DNA from: an uncultured virus (IMG/VR IMGVR_UViG_3300037843_000618)
Lineage: Duplodnaviria; Heunggongvirae; Uroviricota; Caudoviricetes
Reading direction: 5' to 3' (one strand)
DNA: 64,000 nucleotides
IMG/VR virus record: IMGVR_UViG_3300037843_000618
Part shown: positions 39,001 through 50,300 of the stretch, piece after piece
Numbering within the stretch: the stretch's first letter is position 1
Layout of the letters: each line of letters starts with the position of its first letter
Made by a program: the position numbers and the translations under genes
The notes under the pieces: model-generated
Databases searched by the model: none
What the model was told of the DNA's origin: nothing
What the model saw: only the letters and a program-made list of their open reading frames with translations

Positions 39001-42000
39001 CATGCTGAACTCCTCGAACTCCACGGACGAGCGCGTTCCGTGGTATACGGGCATCGGGTTTCCGTTCTTGTCCACGACCTTGGAGCCGTCGAACCACGCC
39101 TGGAACTTCGCGTCCTGCGAGGACGGGAACATGTGCGTCTGCCCGGCGACCGTCGTTTTCTGCGGCTGCCGGGTTAGGTGGAACCACCCGCAGCGCGGGC
39201 ACTTGTAGGTGTGAAGCGTCGGCGTGCCGGGGTCCCACTCCTTGTGCGGGCCGACCGCCGAGACCTCGTCGAAGAACTTGCGCTTGCCGCTCGGGCACGG
39301 CCTGCGGCTCTCCATGACGCCTGCCCCCGTCTTGGCCCCGAACTTCTTGCGCATCCTCTCCAAGCGCTCTTTGAGCCGCTCGGGACTCCACTGATTCTCG
39401 GGGACCCCCAGGCTTCCCTGCGTCACGGGGTCCTGGAACACGAGCACGCCCTCGCCGGGGGCAAGCCCGCCTATCGGCCCCAGGTACTCGATCCCGAGCG
39501 CCTCCGCCGCCGCGCGGAACTCGGCGTCCTGCGGGTGGGCGGACGCCCCGCGCCTTTTCCAGCTTCGCGGGACGCTGTACGGACTGTCTTTAATTCTTTG
39601 CATTTCCTGCTGGTATTGCCTGGCGGCGGCTTCCCTTTCGTTGTCTTCCTCCTCCTTGACGCACGAGGGGCACTCTTGCGTCTCCGCTGGCACCTCGCAG
39701 TTGTGGAAGGGGCAGGTCCGCTTTTGCTCCCACCACGGCTTGGCGCTCTCGTCGTCCAGCCCGTAGGCCGTGCGCAGTTCCTTGATCTTGTCGGCGAACG
39801 TCTTCGCCTCGGCCTCGTTGCCTATCCGGGCGGCCGAGTCGGCGTGGGCTTGCAGCTTTTGGATCATGTCGATGACGCGTGCCCGGTCCAGTTTCGAGAC
39901 GGCCAATAAGGCGGATTTCTTGCCCTGCGGCTTGAGCCACTTCACCATGAGCGGCAGACCGCCGCTTATCTCCATAGTCTTGAAGCCGTGGCGCTCGTAC
40001 CACTCGACTAAGCTGAATCCCGCTTGTTGAGGTTCGTACACCCCAGCCTGAAGCAGGACAGCGGAGCACCCGGCTGCCTTGCAGCGCTTGATGAAGTCCT
40101 CTAGCATCTTCGATCCATGCCCCTTGCCCCGCTGGTAGATGTGCATGTCGTCGATGACGCCGACTTTCATGCCCTTGAACTGTTTCATAAATTTGCGGCG
40201 CTTCGGCATTTCGGTCAGCGCTGGGGAGACTATCTCCTGCTCTGCCCAAGCCGCTAAGTCCTTATCGTTTTCGAGGACGCCGCCAAGCAGCGACCCGATG
40301 CTGGAGTTTTCGCCTTCCTCTACGGCGATCTCCTGCCACGCTATTTTAGAACAAGCTGTTTTCTTCTCGATCTTTAGCGCACGCTCGATGGCATCCTTGG
40401 AGTTGGCGAACAGCTTGAGCAGGCCGGGGTGGTAGTCGCCGGGGTTCTTCTCTATGTCGGCCAGCACCTCAGCGTATGGGACCCACACGATGCGGTCGGT
40501 CTCCCACTCGTGCCTCTCGCCGGGGCTGAACGAGAACTCGCTGGAAACGGTGCCCAGGAAATTGTGGTAGGTAAACCCCCGGTCCTTGAAGACGTATGCT
40601 GGAGTCAGGGAGATTCCGCCGTGGTATCCCGTCTCCTCGGCCATCTCGGACTTCGCGCTCCGCTGCGGGTTCATGCCATCCTTCACGGCCCCGCCGATGG
40701 TGCCCCACACGCCTCCCATGTGGACGTCGTCGGACCGCATTGCCAGGCACACGCGCCCGGTGGACGGGCACACGGGCAGCACGCCGGACGCGGCGTTGCC
40801 CTCGCCAGCCCAGTACTCGTCGCCCTCCCCCACGTCAATGATTTTGTCGGCTTTCTTTTCCGTTCCGGTTTTGCCTTGCTCCTCGTCCTCCTCGCCAAGA
40901 TAGTATTCCGGCACCCAGTCTTCTATCGGCGCAAGGTCGAGGTACAGGACTTTGATGTCCAAGCCCTTCAGCAGGGCAGCGGCGCAGCGGTGGTTCCCGT
41001 CGAAGACGAAGTCGCCCTCGGACGTGCCCAGCACCAGCGGGTGCGCCGAGTGCTCCTCGCTCGTGCTCGGGGTCGGCTCGTTTATCTTGTCGATGTGCCC
41101 CAAGATTTTGTCGATATGCGACTTGCTGACCGTGTCTTGGTCGGTCAGCAGCGTTTTCGGGTCGATCTCGACCAGTTCCGGCTCTTTCCCCGCCACGTCG
41201 GGCGAGTCGGAGTACCAGTCGATGACCGCTGGGCGCTTCGGGACGGCGTGCAGCGGCGTGGGGATGTCGTCCTTGTGGTGGTGCTGGTCTCCCAGCGCGG
41301 CAGCCTTGTCCGCGCCTTCCTTGCCGAACAGCGGCTTGTCGTCGTCGCTGCCCATGAACTTGGCCTCGAACTCATCGGGTGTCCACGGTCCCTTGACGCT
41401 ATACTCGCCCATGCTGAGTTCCCAGGCCATCTTATCGGGCGTGCGCTCGCCCCGGATGTCATAGGTCTTGCCCTCATTCTTCACGAAAGCGTGGGTGACC
41501 TCGTATGGGATTTCCTCGCTCCATCCTTCGCCGCGCTTAGCCGACAGAATATAGATTTCCCCGCCGTTCTTCCGGGCGAAGTTCACTGCCCAGATGCCGC
41601 AACCCTCCGTCATGTAGTAGTCCGGGTTTTCTGTCATCTCGTTGGCTGTCTTGGTGGACTCGGGCTGCGGACCCATGAGGGCGTCCCATGTCGCCTCGTC
41701 GCTTTTGCTCTGCTCGTGACGAGTGATCCTTTCCAGCAATCCCATCAATCCCCACTCTTCCGCCGGGAACTCCAGCCAAGCCACGGGTTTGCCCTTATAG
41801 CTAAGTTGGAAGGCACCCGTCACAGTCTCAATCTTGATGTCTTCCTTTACGACTTTTTTTAGCCACTTCTTGAAAGTAGCGAAGCTTATCGTCGGAAGAT
41901 TGGCAGCAGTGCGCACCCTGCCTTGCACTTTGACCTTCGCGCCGGGCCTCATCCTGATTTCTTCTTCTTCCGGCAGTGTCATCCATGCACGCACAGTGTT

Positions 42001-44310
42001 GAGCCAGTCCACGGCGTCCGAGCTTGTGATCTTACCCGTAATCACTGGGTACTGCTCGTACTCCTCGTCGTCAAACATTTCATGGACAGTCAGATATGCC
42101 GCTCTGCTGTTGAGCGACCAAGAGCCGCCGAGGTTCTTGTAGTCGATCTTTTCACGATCTCTCAGTGCAAAGCAACGGTAGACGGTGAGAGGGAACCTCA
42201 GCTTCGCCAGCTTCGGGGCGACTTCGTCGTAGTACTCCTTCATGTTGCCCAGATCGCGGTCGTTGAATACATCAATGTCGAGCAAGTTAGAGAACTCGTT
42301 GTTCGTATCGGTCTTCTTGTCAATCACCTGCTCGAAGGTTGGGAGCTTAATCACTGCTGATTTAAGCAGCGCAGCGTTTACGCCTTTGCGTGTCTCGCTG
42401 GACGGCGCGAGGTTGTACTTCTTCTCAATCTCCTCGGAGGTGTACTCTGCCTCGTCGTTCTCGGTATGCTTTTTCTCCCACGCCGTGAGCTTGTCCCAGC
42501 GTAGCAGGTCGGACTTCCACGGCACCGTTAGCTTGGAGGATGCGAGCTTGGTGGAAGACACGAGCCGAACTACCTTAGCCTTTGGGGCACGGTACTCCCA
42601 GAGACCGGATTTGCCGCCGAAGGGCTTGCCTGCCCAATAGTTCTTGGCTGCTTGGATCACGTTAGGGTCGTTGGGCTGGTATTCCCCGTAGACGCTGACC
42701 TCGCTGTACCAACTCATGTCGCACTTCTCGACCTTGCCGACAGGCTTAACCTCGTAGATGTAATCCTCGTAGCCGCCCGCATAGTCCACGTCGTCAGGGT
42801 GCGCCACCATGTACACGCTATCCTTGCGCGGCAGAGCGCCCTTGGGACGGTACTTCTCCATTATCTCTTCGTGCTCCGCAACCTTCGTGTCATGTACGTA
42901 TCCCCCCGGCTGCGGCGTGAGGATGTCGCCCGGCTTGAACTTCACGCGGCTTCCGTGGTATAGCTTGGTTGCTGCGACACGGAACTTCCTGAAGCTCGTC
43001 GGCTTCCAGTAGACCTTGTGCCAGTGCTTGTGCTCGCCCTCGCCGTGCCCCGGAGCCTCGATCCTCGCGACCACGGCCTCCGCCACGGGCTTCCCGCCGA
43101 ATGTGAAAATCAGCTTCTCGCTGAGGAAGACTCGCGGACGGTTCTTAAAAGCCCAATATTCGAGCGGTGCCTTCGGGCGGACAAAGAACTTCTGGCGGCG
43201 CTCCTTCGGCACCTCGATCACGAAGCCCGGCGTCTTCACGACATTGACTTTCTCGGCCCCCACCCTCATCGTCTTCTGGTCGTAGGCCCCCAGGGCGTTC
43301 AGGTCGCTGTACGCGGACGGATCGAGGGCGACGTACTCCTGCTCGGTCAAGCCGCCGACCTCGGTGTAGATGATGCCGTCGTGACCCGCCGCCTTCGCGG
43401 CTTCGGCGATGTCCCGGTCTATCGGGAGGTAGTTGACCTCCCCGTCCGCCTGGTCCAGCAGGAATTTCTCGGCACGCTCCGGCGACAGGAGCTTTTCCAG
43501 GGCGTCGTATTGGTCGGTCAGCACCAGGGGATTGTTGAAACGGAGTCTGGCGACCGCGATGTTCTCGCCGTACTCCGGCGCTGGCGTGTCGGAGAAGAAT
43601 GTGCCGCCGACGCCGGATTTCACGTTCCCGGTCCCCGTGGCGTGGTAGGCGTAGAACTCTATTGGCTGGCCGGTCTTCGCGGCGTGCACGGGACCCAGCT
43701 TTCTCAGGTGGCGAATGTCAACGCCCCACTGCGCGGCGGCTTGTTTCTTTGCGATGCCAACGACCTTGATCGGGCCGATGTGCGCCGCCTTGCCTAAGAG
43801 TTCGATGATCGCCTTCGCAAGCTGCGGGTCGTTCTTGACGATGTAGTCCGTCAGGTCTATCATCTCGCCCGAGAGACCGGAAGACCCCTCGAACTCGACT
43901 TCGCCCCACGCTTCCCACGCCGCCTCGAAATCCGGGTAATGCGGAAACTTCTTCTTGTCGTGCCCCTCGGCACGCCACGCGGCGTTCTCCTCGTTCCACT
44001 TCCTGAGCCAAAGCGCCTGTACGCGGTCGGCGAGAGCCTGCCCCTTGGGGTTGAGTTCGCCACGGTCATCCAAGAGGTCGTAGACGTCGTCCTCGTCGGG
44101 GATCAGGTTCTTGGGGTCCGGTTGCGCGATCTCTATCACCACGCCGTTGCGCTCAAGCGCGTACTGGTGGGCGACGTCCCAGTCGGCGATGTACACGGCG
44201 TCAGGGCGGGGAACATCGACGTCATAGACGGTGTCCTCCCCCGGCTTGAGAACACCCTCTTTGAGGATTTTCTCGGCGTTTTGTCGGGATGTACCGTGAT
44301 ACCAGCGCAT
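36061..44310 (-). CDS. Giant polyvalent protein B (2749 aa): several ADP-ribosyltransferase-like, papain-like, ParB-like, Nudix, GNAT, Zn-finger and lysozyme-like modules
   Basis: Start at 44310 overlaps the upstream TGA (TGATG). Motifs: WYHGT, YHAT, LYHGS, VYRCF..SWS..EEE, GCGIWA..H..D, DGNHR, Nudix GG.....NP...A..EM.EETG, QRGKGHG, FQAWF..SKVVD..G.P..VYHGT, DGFHR, NNPGNI, GACKFAS..H..D. Confidence 0.88.
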   Translation of the reverse strand: MRWYHGTSRQNAEKILKEGVLKPGEDTVYDVDVPRPDAVYIADWDVAHQYALERNGVVIEIAQPDPKNLIPDEDDVYDLLDDRGELNPKGQALADRVQALWLRKWNEENAAWRAEGHDKKKFPHYPDFEAAWEAWGEVEFEGSSGLSGEMIDLTDYIVKNDPQLAKAIIELLGKAAHIGPIKVVGIAKKQAAAQWGVDIRHLRKLGPVHAAKTGQPIEFYAYHATGTGNVKSGVGGTFFSDTPAPEYGENIAVARLRFNNPLVLTDQYDALEKLLSPERAEKFLLDQADGEVNYLPIDRDIAEAAKAAGHDGIIYTEVGGLTEQEYVALDPSAYSDLNALGAYDQKTMRVGAEKVNVVKTPGFVIEVPKERRQKFFVRPKAPLEYWAFKNRPRVFLSEKLIFTFGGKPVAEAVVARIEAPGHGEGEHKHWHKVYWKPTSFRKFRVAATKLYHGSRVKFKPGDILTPQPGGYVHDTKVAEHEEIMEKYRPKGALPRKDSVYMVAHPDDVDYAGGYEDYIYEVKPVGKVEKCDMSWYSEVSVYGEYQPNDPNVIQAAKNYWAGKPFGGKSGLWEYRAPKAKVVRLVSSTKLASSKLTVPWKSDLLRWDKLTAWEKKHTENDEAEYTSEEIEKKYNLAPSSETRKGVNAALLKSAVIKLPTFEQVIDKKTDTNNEFSNLLDIDVFNDRDLGNMKEYYDEVAPKLAKLRFPLTVYRCFALRDREKIDYKNLGGSWSLNSRAAYLTVHEMFDDEEYEQYPVITGKITSSDAVDWLNTVRAWMTLPEEEEIRMRPGAKVKVQGRVRTAANLPTISFATFKKWLKKVVKEDIKIETVTGAFQLSYKGKPVAWLEFPAEEWGLMGLLERITRHEQSKSDEATWDALMGPQPESTKTANEMTENPDYYMTEGCGIWAVNFARKNGGEIYILSAKRGEGWSEEIPYEVTHAFVKNEGKTYDIRGERTPDKMAWELSMGEYSVKGPWTPDEFEAKFMGSDDDKPLFGKEGADKAAALGDQHHHKDDIPTPLHAVPKRPAVIDWYSDSPDVAGKEPELVEIDPKTLLTDQDTVSKSHIDKILGHIDKINEPTPSTSEEHSAHPLVLGTSEGDFVFDGNHRCAAALLKGLDIKVLYLDLAPIEDWVPEYYLGEEDEEQGKTGTEKKADKIIDVGEGDEYWAGEGNAASGVLPVCPSTGRVCLAMRSDDVHMGGVWGTIGGAVKDGMNPQRSAKSEMAEETGYHGGISLTPAYVFKDRGFTYHNFLGTVSSEFSFSPGERHEWETDRIVWVPYAEVLADIEKNPGDYHPGLLKLFANSKDAIERALKIEKKTACSKIAWQEIAVEEGENSSIGSLLGGVLENDKDLAAWAEQEIVSPALTEMPKRRKFMKQFKGMKVGVIDDMHIYQRGKGHGSKMLEDFIKRCKAAGCSAVLLQAGVYEPQQAGFSLVEWYERHGFKTMEISGGLPLMVKWLKPQGKKSALLAVSKLDRARVIDMIQKLQAHADSAARIGNEAEAKTFADKIKELRTAYGLDDESAKPWWEQKRTCPFHNCEVPAETQECPSCVKEEEDNEREAAARQYQQEMQRIKDSPYSVPRSWKRRGASAHPQDAEFRAAAEALGIEYLGPIGGLAPGEGVLVFQDPVTQGSLGVPENQWSPERLKERLERMRKKFGAKTGAGVMESRRPCPSGKRKFFDEVSAVGPHKEWDPGTPTLHTYKCPRCGWFHLTRQPQKTTVAGQTHMFPSSQDAKFQAWFDGSKVVDKNGNPMPVYHGTRSSVEFEEFSMTGPEVDDWGESSSSGSGADPTALMGAHFAEEPNVANLFAEGKGWTSTRYEGEAEKPRVIQVFLRITNPKDFGSEHNLREFINQGKVRGDAVDLALAYDLGVEPWEEGNEEAVSQWYEKYENDAAFRAEQNRYLFEQHRNVEGDAELLEEAAYDLASQAKSRLTTAGHDGVRYKNVVEGGHAWIAFAPDQIKSVYSQFNPKDPRFTASKNSSSYPAEMSPEETINYVDFLHEFGHGGGEPFEDPEWIREAEKYVLQTIPLDDPGVKWPKATHLPVAQEYAQRKTPLPPIIIAANGYVIDGFHRVEAARMRGDKTIQAYVGVKDASKDAAHTPKEADWRSKYVLPAALALGLGGAPSAVHPGEATPQQIEQRQEQQTEAKTKAEQERQIDALIEAISRAEGANPLFNNPGNITDFNTGKIRTFDSWDKGRDALEDQLNRIADGDHPSIRPDMTLREAGLIYSNGDPNWAKNVSSIMRVSQSIRMGELIRGRGTQRAQAELSPGRTGTWAKKAAGFAFKTFKKLWHVGSMDVKHKQEGSLEGSGLSVSVNPEEWMQIAEIGGDTWELTKPGNRFLNFHRLSKQQRQQIMAWGVENGYATEVSGAWRLVYYDSETDEERYMEFLSKEEAEAELGNYGDDEKVVPVDGKTVSGTDKLKQRTKNPHADETAVAFDLLVTVYAEDELDCDGVWWQDTLDPASLSAPRGVIFPSKLKSWKAKKIQTAATEWKKLPPTDEWINRAKLFLKEKWEERHRELGREGVPIDLGGACKFASIFAQKLFGGKMVGTAEHQALQLPGNRIIDLTDLYDPNTFRHDKEFWMNPEHAESMKSCEPRAQQWADEFMQKWWTEVFRTRMSSGDYHQNVGWLLPDGSFQPLLKGESHREGAVRAGLSTDPQDMTEAFDKGAVRVSGNQYTNLEFKTPSSSTISLLLEFILQKCQNAKTITFDWLKPRRREQEFFSVDDAVMWLETAGTSVMAAAKKEVL

Positions 44311-47300
44311 CAGTTTACTCCGAACGGTCTGTTCTTCTGCTGCCACAGGGCGCGTCCCGCAGGGGACTGCGTCATATGTGGTTTGATCTGGAAGCCAGTC
44401 AGGCCCTCGGCGTACTGGTACAGCGCCGTGGCTATTCCCTGTCTCCAATAATTCTTGTCCACCTCGGTGTCCGAGGATTCAAGCCGCCCGCCGCGCAGCA
44501 CGAAATCGGCCGAGCCGACCGGCTTGCCCGGTAGTCCTTTCTGTTTCTTCTTCGTGTCGAATGCGTTCACGACCAGCAAGTTCCAGTTCGATTCCCCGAT
44601 CTCCTCGTCCTCATCGGTCGGGTCGCCTGCCTCGTGCCAAGAATACTCGGGAACGAGTTTATAGTTCTCGAACATGTCGTTCTTCCAATCTATGTCCACG
44701 GCCCCGGCAGCCGATTTCGGCTGGCGCACCATGTAGCCCAGCGCGGGGTCGTAGCCCGGCTCGTCCTCGAACCTGTGCTTCCTGTACCATGCCTGCAAGG
44801 CGTCCTTGTCGAGCCTCGTCGCCTCGTTGCCGAATGGGGACGCCGTGAGTTCCACTTCCACGCTGTGCTTGTCAGCGACGCTGAGAATCCTTTTCAGGAC
44901 CAGGGTTCCCATTCCCTGCCCCGGCACGGCGGAGCGGATTCCCTTCAGGCGGAGCCTGCCCCTGAGGTCGCCTTTCGCGATGGAGGCGGGACCCGAGATG
45001 TCAAGCTCGAAATACACCGCTGGCTTGCCCTGCGCCATCATCATACGCTCGTCGGGGTTCCTCGGATTGACCGGGAACTTCTCGTAGATTTCCCTGACAG
45101 CCTGCGCCACGTCGTCGAGGGAAGCCGCCGTGATCGTGCGCTGCCCGCCCCTCGGCACCTTGTAGCCTTCGCCGTCCCGGTCGATGCCGACCAGCTTGAG
45201 CGTTGTCCCCGGCACGAGGGTGATCTCGTTTTCGTCGGGGTTCTGGATGTTGTTGGACAGCGTCTTCTCGAAGTCGATGTCGCTTGGGTTTGAGACCACG
45301 GCTTTCAGGATCACAAGCTCCGGGTTCTTGGGCTTGGGCGTCCGCGCCCACATGGACGAGCCGCCGAAGTAGGCGTCCGCGCTGTTCTCTACCCACGTCC
45401 AGTGGACTCCCGCGCTGCCCAGGTCGATCTCCTGCCCCCTCTCGACTTCCAACGCCCGGTATATCTCAAGCGGGAGATCGAGGGCGGAAAGCCATTGGGT
45501 GTTCTCCCAGTAGCGCTCCTCCAACTCCTCGCGGGTCACGCCATACTTCTTCGTGAGGCTCTCGTCTATCTCGAACTTGGGGTGTAGCTTCATCCACTGC
45601 TCGAACGGCGGGAATTTCTGTCCTGCCTGCTTCTCGACGTAGTCTGGGCCGAACCGCATCTCCTTCGGCACCGCCTCGACCGCCTCCATCGCCGGGGCGC
45701 GGCGGCGCGACTTGGGGACCAGCCCCAGCCCGTGGCAGATCGGGCACCAACGGCTCAGCCCGCCTTGAGACTTCAGCTTGCGTTCGAAGTTCCTGTCCGC
45801 GCCGTCCCATATGCGGGCGACGGTGAAGGTCATGCCCTTCCGCCTCAGGGCTTGCGTTATCTTCGCTCCTGAGCCTTCGTAGTGCTGCTGGATGCGCTTC
45901 TGCGCGTTCAACGCCCATCCGAGGTAGTGGCGTGCGTGGAACGGCTCGCTGGCGTCCTCGCGCTCGGGCTTCACCTTCGTCCCCGGCTTGATGTCGAAGT
46001 GCAAAAGGTAGACCTGACCCATGACCGTGTCGCGAGGGTCGCCCTCGAACTTGGCGGCTTTGCCGGTCACGCTGGCTTTCTCCATCTTGTTCATCTGCAA
46101 CTGGTCTTCGCCCTTCGCCTGTGGCTGACCCTCGATCCTGCTGCCGAAGCCGCTATCGGGGACGGGATTCGGCTCCGGCTCCTCCTCGCCGAGGCTCTCG
46201 TGCAATGTCTTGATCTCCTCGGAGAACGGGTCGGACTTAAGCGTCTTGGTCAGCCCCACGGCTTCGTGGTCGGTGTGCCGCACCTCGTTCTGCGCCTCAG
46301 CGAACACGGCGCTCTTTTGGAGCAAAGCGCTCTTGCGGGCGATCACGCCGCGCTCGACCAGCTTCTCGCGGAACGGGGTGCCCTCGCGGGTGGTGCCGCT
46401 GGTGGTGAACTTCTCGCCGGGGAACTCCTGCTTGATCTTCTCGTACATGCCCGTGGCGATCCCCCTGCGGCGGTACTCCGGGTCAACGAACACGTGTTTG
46501 ACCCAGATTTCCTTTGGGATGTCAGCGATCCGCTCCCATTCTCTTCCGTCGTACTCGTCCTTCTTTTCCTTGTAATAGCGCGTGTCCTCGAAATCGACGT
46601 CCTTCTCGGACTCGTTGAAATCCACGACGCCAATGAGTTCGCCGTCCAGCGTGGCCGTGGCTTGGCAGAAAAGCTCGCCGCCATGGGAGTCCAGCACGCT
46701 GACGCTGTACTCCACGCCCTCGGGCGCGGTGCCCGCATCCTTCTCGAAAAGCTGCGGCGCGAGTTCCTTCAACGGCGGCACGCCGTAGATGCCGCGCACG
46801 CGCTCCGGTATGTCGGCGTAGGCGTTGGTCTCCTCACCGCTCTCCGGGCTGTTGTAGTATGTCTCGTCGAGCGGCGTGACCTTGTGTGAGTCGGCGGTCT
46901 TGTAGAAGGAATGAACGTCGGTCTTCGGATCGTACTTGATCAGCAAGCCCGAGGTCGGATCGAAAATCTCGGTGTCCGACCGCTTCTCGCCGTTCTCGAC
47001 GGCTTGGGCGAGTCTCGTGGCGTCGCCGAAATACTGCGCCACGATCTCGTCCTCGGTGCAGTTGCCGATGTACTCCGGCTCCGATTCCGTTCCGGCTGCG
47101 GTAGCCACTTGCTTACCCACGCTCACGAAGCTGCCGTTGTGCAGGATGTCGTACATGATGCGGCTGCCCTTCGCCTTCTCCTGCTCCCAGCCATCCTGCT
47201 GCTCCTGCTGGTTGTCCCAGAAGGACTTGAAGACGTGGATTTCGCGCCACGGCACCCTGCGCCCGGCGACAACGCCGACGATGACCTTCACCGACTTGAG

Positions 47301-50300
47301 CACCTGACGCCAGCGCATGCCCTGCTCCCAGCGGATCAGGATCGGCATGGGGAAGTCGGGGTCAGTGGTGCCGACAGCCATGCTGGTCACGGCTTCGCTG
47401 CGCTTGCCTGCGGTCTTGGCGCTCGCGGTGCGCACCCAGAAGTTGCCCTTGAGGTCGCCCACGTCAAGCTGCTGCTTCTTAAAGCCGAAGCTCTTGGCAA
47501 GCTGGTCATAGTATATGTTTGATTTTTCTTCAACCAGCGGATCACGTGCTGCTAGATTTTCACCTGTATTGATAGCAACATTTTTGATGCCATGACGACG
47601 GGCGATCTCGATCACGCTGGCAAGAGCGTACTCTGCCCAGTCCTCAAACAGCCCGATAAGTTGTTGTTTGATCTCTTCCAGCTTCTCGATGGTGTAACCC
47701 CGTTGAGTGACTTGCTGTTTGCTCATCTGGAAGCGCTGTTCATTGATGCCGTGATTCTTGAGTTCCTCTTTCGCCCGCTCCTTTAGGGCATCGGGGAAGC
47801 TGTTGATGTAGGACTGAAGGTTCGGCGCTGTAAGCATCTGCTTGGCTTTTGCAACGGCATTCACGAGGTCAGATTGCACCTCGTCTACGAGCAACCAGTT
47901 GTCGTCCACGAAATCTACGCGCAGCCAACCTACAGTATTCTTGGAGACCGGGTGCCTGTAATGCTGAGCGCCCTGTTGCACCATGCCGATGAACTCAGCG
48001 ATGAGTGGGTCTTCACCGATAATCTCGGCAGCGGACGCTGATTGGTTGACGCGCAGCACAAGCTGTTCAACGTCACGGAAAGAGGTCTTAGGGTCACGAT
48101 AGGTACCGTGCTCAAGTTCGTAGTTGGAATATCCTTTCTCAGCCTGTGCATTGTATTCTTCCATCCAGCGGTCCATGTCTTCGAGTGTGATGGCTGGACG
48201 GTTCTGGCGTACCTTAGTGAACAGTGGAGAGTTCCGCTCCCTCGGAAACTTCTTCTGGAAATCTTGCCACGACATAGACTGGATGCCGTTGTCGTAGAAC
48301 TGCTGATAGACCCAGCGCACGCGGTCATAGTCCTTGGTTACGCCATGCGGAAGCTCCTGAATCTGGGGCAGCGCAGTGGAACGGCTGTTGCTGACAGCTT
48401 GCTCTAAGTCCTCAAGCTGCGGCGCTGCTGCTGTTTTATAACGCGACCAAACATCAACCCACCCGGAGAAGTCCTTGTGCTCGGACGGCTTCACCATGAT
48501 TTCCTTGCCCTCTTTTTCGAGGTACTTCGTAAGTATGTCAGCGTTGGGTACGGGACCTTTCTTCGTTTCTTTGACCCAAGGGTTCGGCAATTCAATGGGA
48601 GGTTCTGATCCGGCTTTGTCCCAAAGCTCTTGTAGTCTCTCCTGCATGTCCTTGGCGTCGGCGTTCGGCACTGCCCAGCCATTGCCGATTCCAGCGCCTC
48701 GAACGAAAAGCTGGTCGTCCGTAGTGGTGAACCGCTCCGTCTCGTCGGGGTGACTCCGCTTGTACCACAGGTGCTTTAGAGCCTGAGGTCCGAGGCGAGA
48801 TGCAGAGGCGAAGACAATGCTACCGTCCGTCCTCTTGTGCAGCGCGATGTAATAAGGCTTGACAGGTAGCTTCTCTACCACGAGGCTTTCGTCTGACTTC
48901 TCGTTGACGAAGTCCGCGCCGTACTTGGCGTTGTACTTCAGCGTGAATTCTTTCCAGCCCTTGCCGTGCCCTGTTTGGCGAAGCTCGTTCATCACCATGC
49001 GCCAGCCGCGTTCGCCTGTGCCTTGGTATTTTTCTATCAACTTCTTGCCGTTGACGAGGTTGTCTGCATGGTGGCAAAGCTCATGTGCAATGATGCGGCG
49101 CAGCGTGGTCTCATCCTTCAGGATGCTCCTCTGAAGCTGGATGATTGTGGTTTCATTGCCGTAGAGTGTAGCGTTGGTCACACCGACGCGCCACACGTCT
49201 TGTCCGAGGAAGCCTGACCTTGGAGAGTTGACGATCTTCAATTCCGGCTCTGGCAACTGTACACCCAGCACAGGCATAAGCTCGTGCATAACCCTCTTAG
49301 CCAATCCGAGATCACCCACGCTCTTCTCGCCAACTGCGAGCTTGGCTTCGAGGCTACCAGTCTTCGGTCCTGCCGGGTGCGTCTCCATGTACTCAATCTT
49401 GCTGCCATCTCCCAGCATGATGTCGTCGCCGGGGCGGTAGTTGTCGGGGATGATCCACCCCTCGAAGCCTGCGTTGATCGTGCCTTCGCTGATCGTCTCA
49501 ATGCCGTAGTCTTCGATTCCGTGCATTTCAAAGAATTCCTGCATGTCCGCCTTGCCGTTCAGTTCGACAAGCTGGATTGGGCTTTTCACCCGATACGTAC
49601 GAATTGAGGGCAACCCGGTGTCCAGCGGGTCTTGCGCATCGTAATTGCGGTGCGCGAACCAGTCCGCGACCTTAGGGTTGGTGGAGAACCACGCCGGGAA
49701 CGAAAGCTCGCCGCCCTCTTCCCATTCCGCGCTCGTGCCGTGGTACAGGGTCGTGCCGGGTTGGAGGGTGAGGAACCGATCCCACTGCTGCGGCTCGTCG
49801 TCAAAGTTCTCTTCTTCGTCGTAAGCAGCGGTTTTGGGTATGGGAACTTCGGTCGCCCAGTTAGATTGAGCGCCGCCTAGCACGATTGCTTTCTCCTTGT
49901 CGATCTTCCACGCCTTAGCGGGATGCACAGCCCCTCGATGTGCGGCGTGAGCACCGTTGTCAAGCATGAACTCTGTGACCTCGGGGGTCATGCGCTTCTG
50001 GAGCTTCTTGCCGACTGTGGCGAGGATGCCGATGTCGGGATTGTAGAGCATTGCCCACTTTTGCTTGTCGGTGAGGAAGTAGCTGAACATCCAACGGAAG
50101 TGCGCCCGCGCCTCCTCGGCTTCTGCGCCGGGCTTGTTGATGGCTTGGTCGTGGTAGGGGATGCCTTCCATCCTGTAGCGCAAGGATTGTTCCTTCTCAT
50201 AGTCGTTGAGGGGCTTTCTCGCCTTGTATTGGGCTTCCCAGTCTTTGAACTTCTTTAAGGCGTCCTCGTAGCCCACCATGAACGACATCCATTCGCCGAT

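Noticed and set aside
44311..44448. 46-aa N-terminal extension of polyprotein B given by the ORF track
   Set aside because: It overlaps the GNAT C-terminus of polyprotein A. ATG 44310 with a TGATG overlap starts exactly at the first domain.
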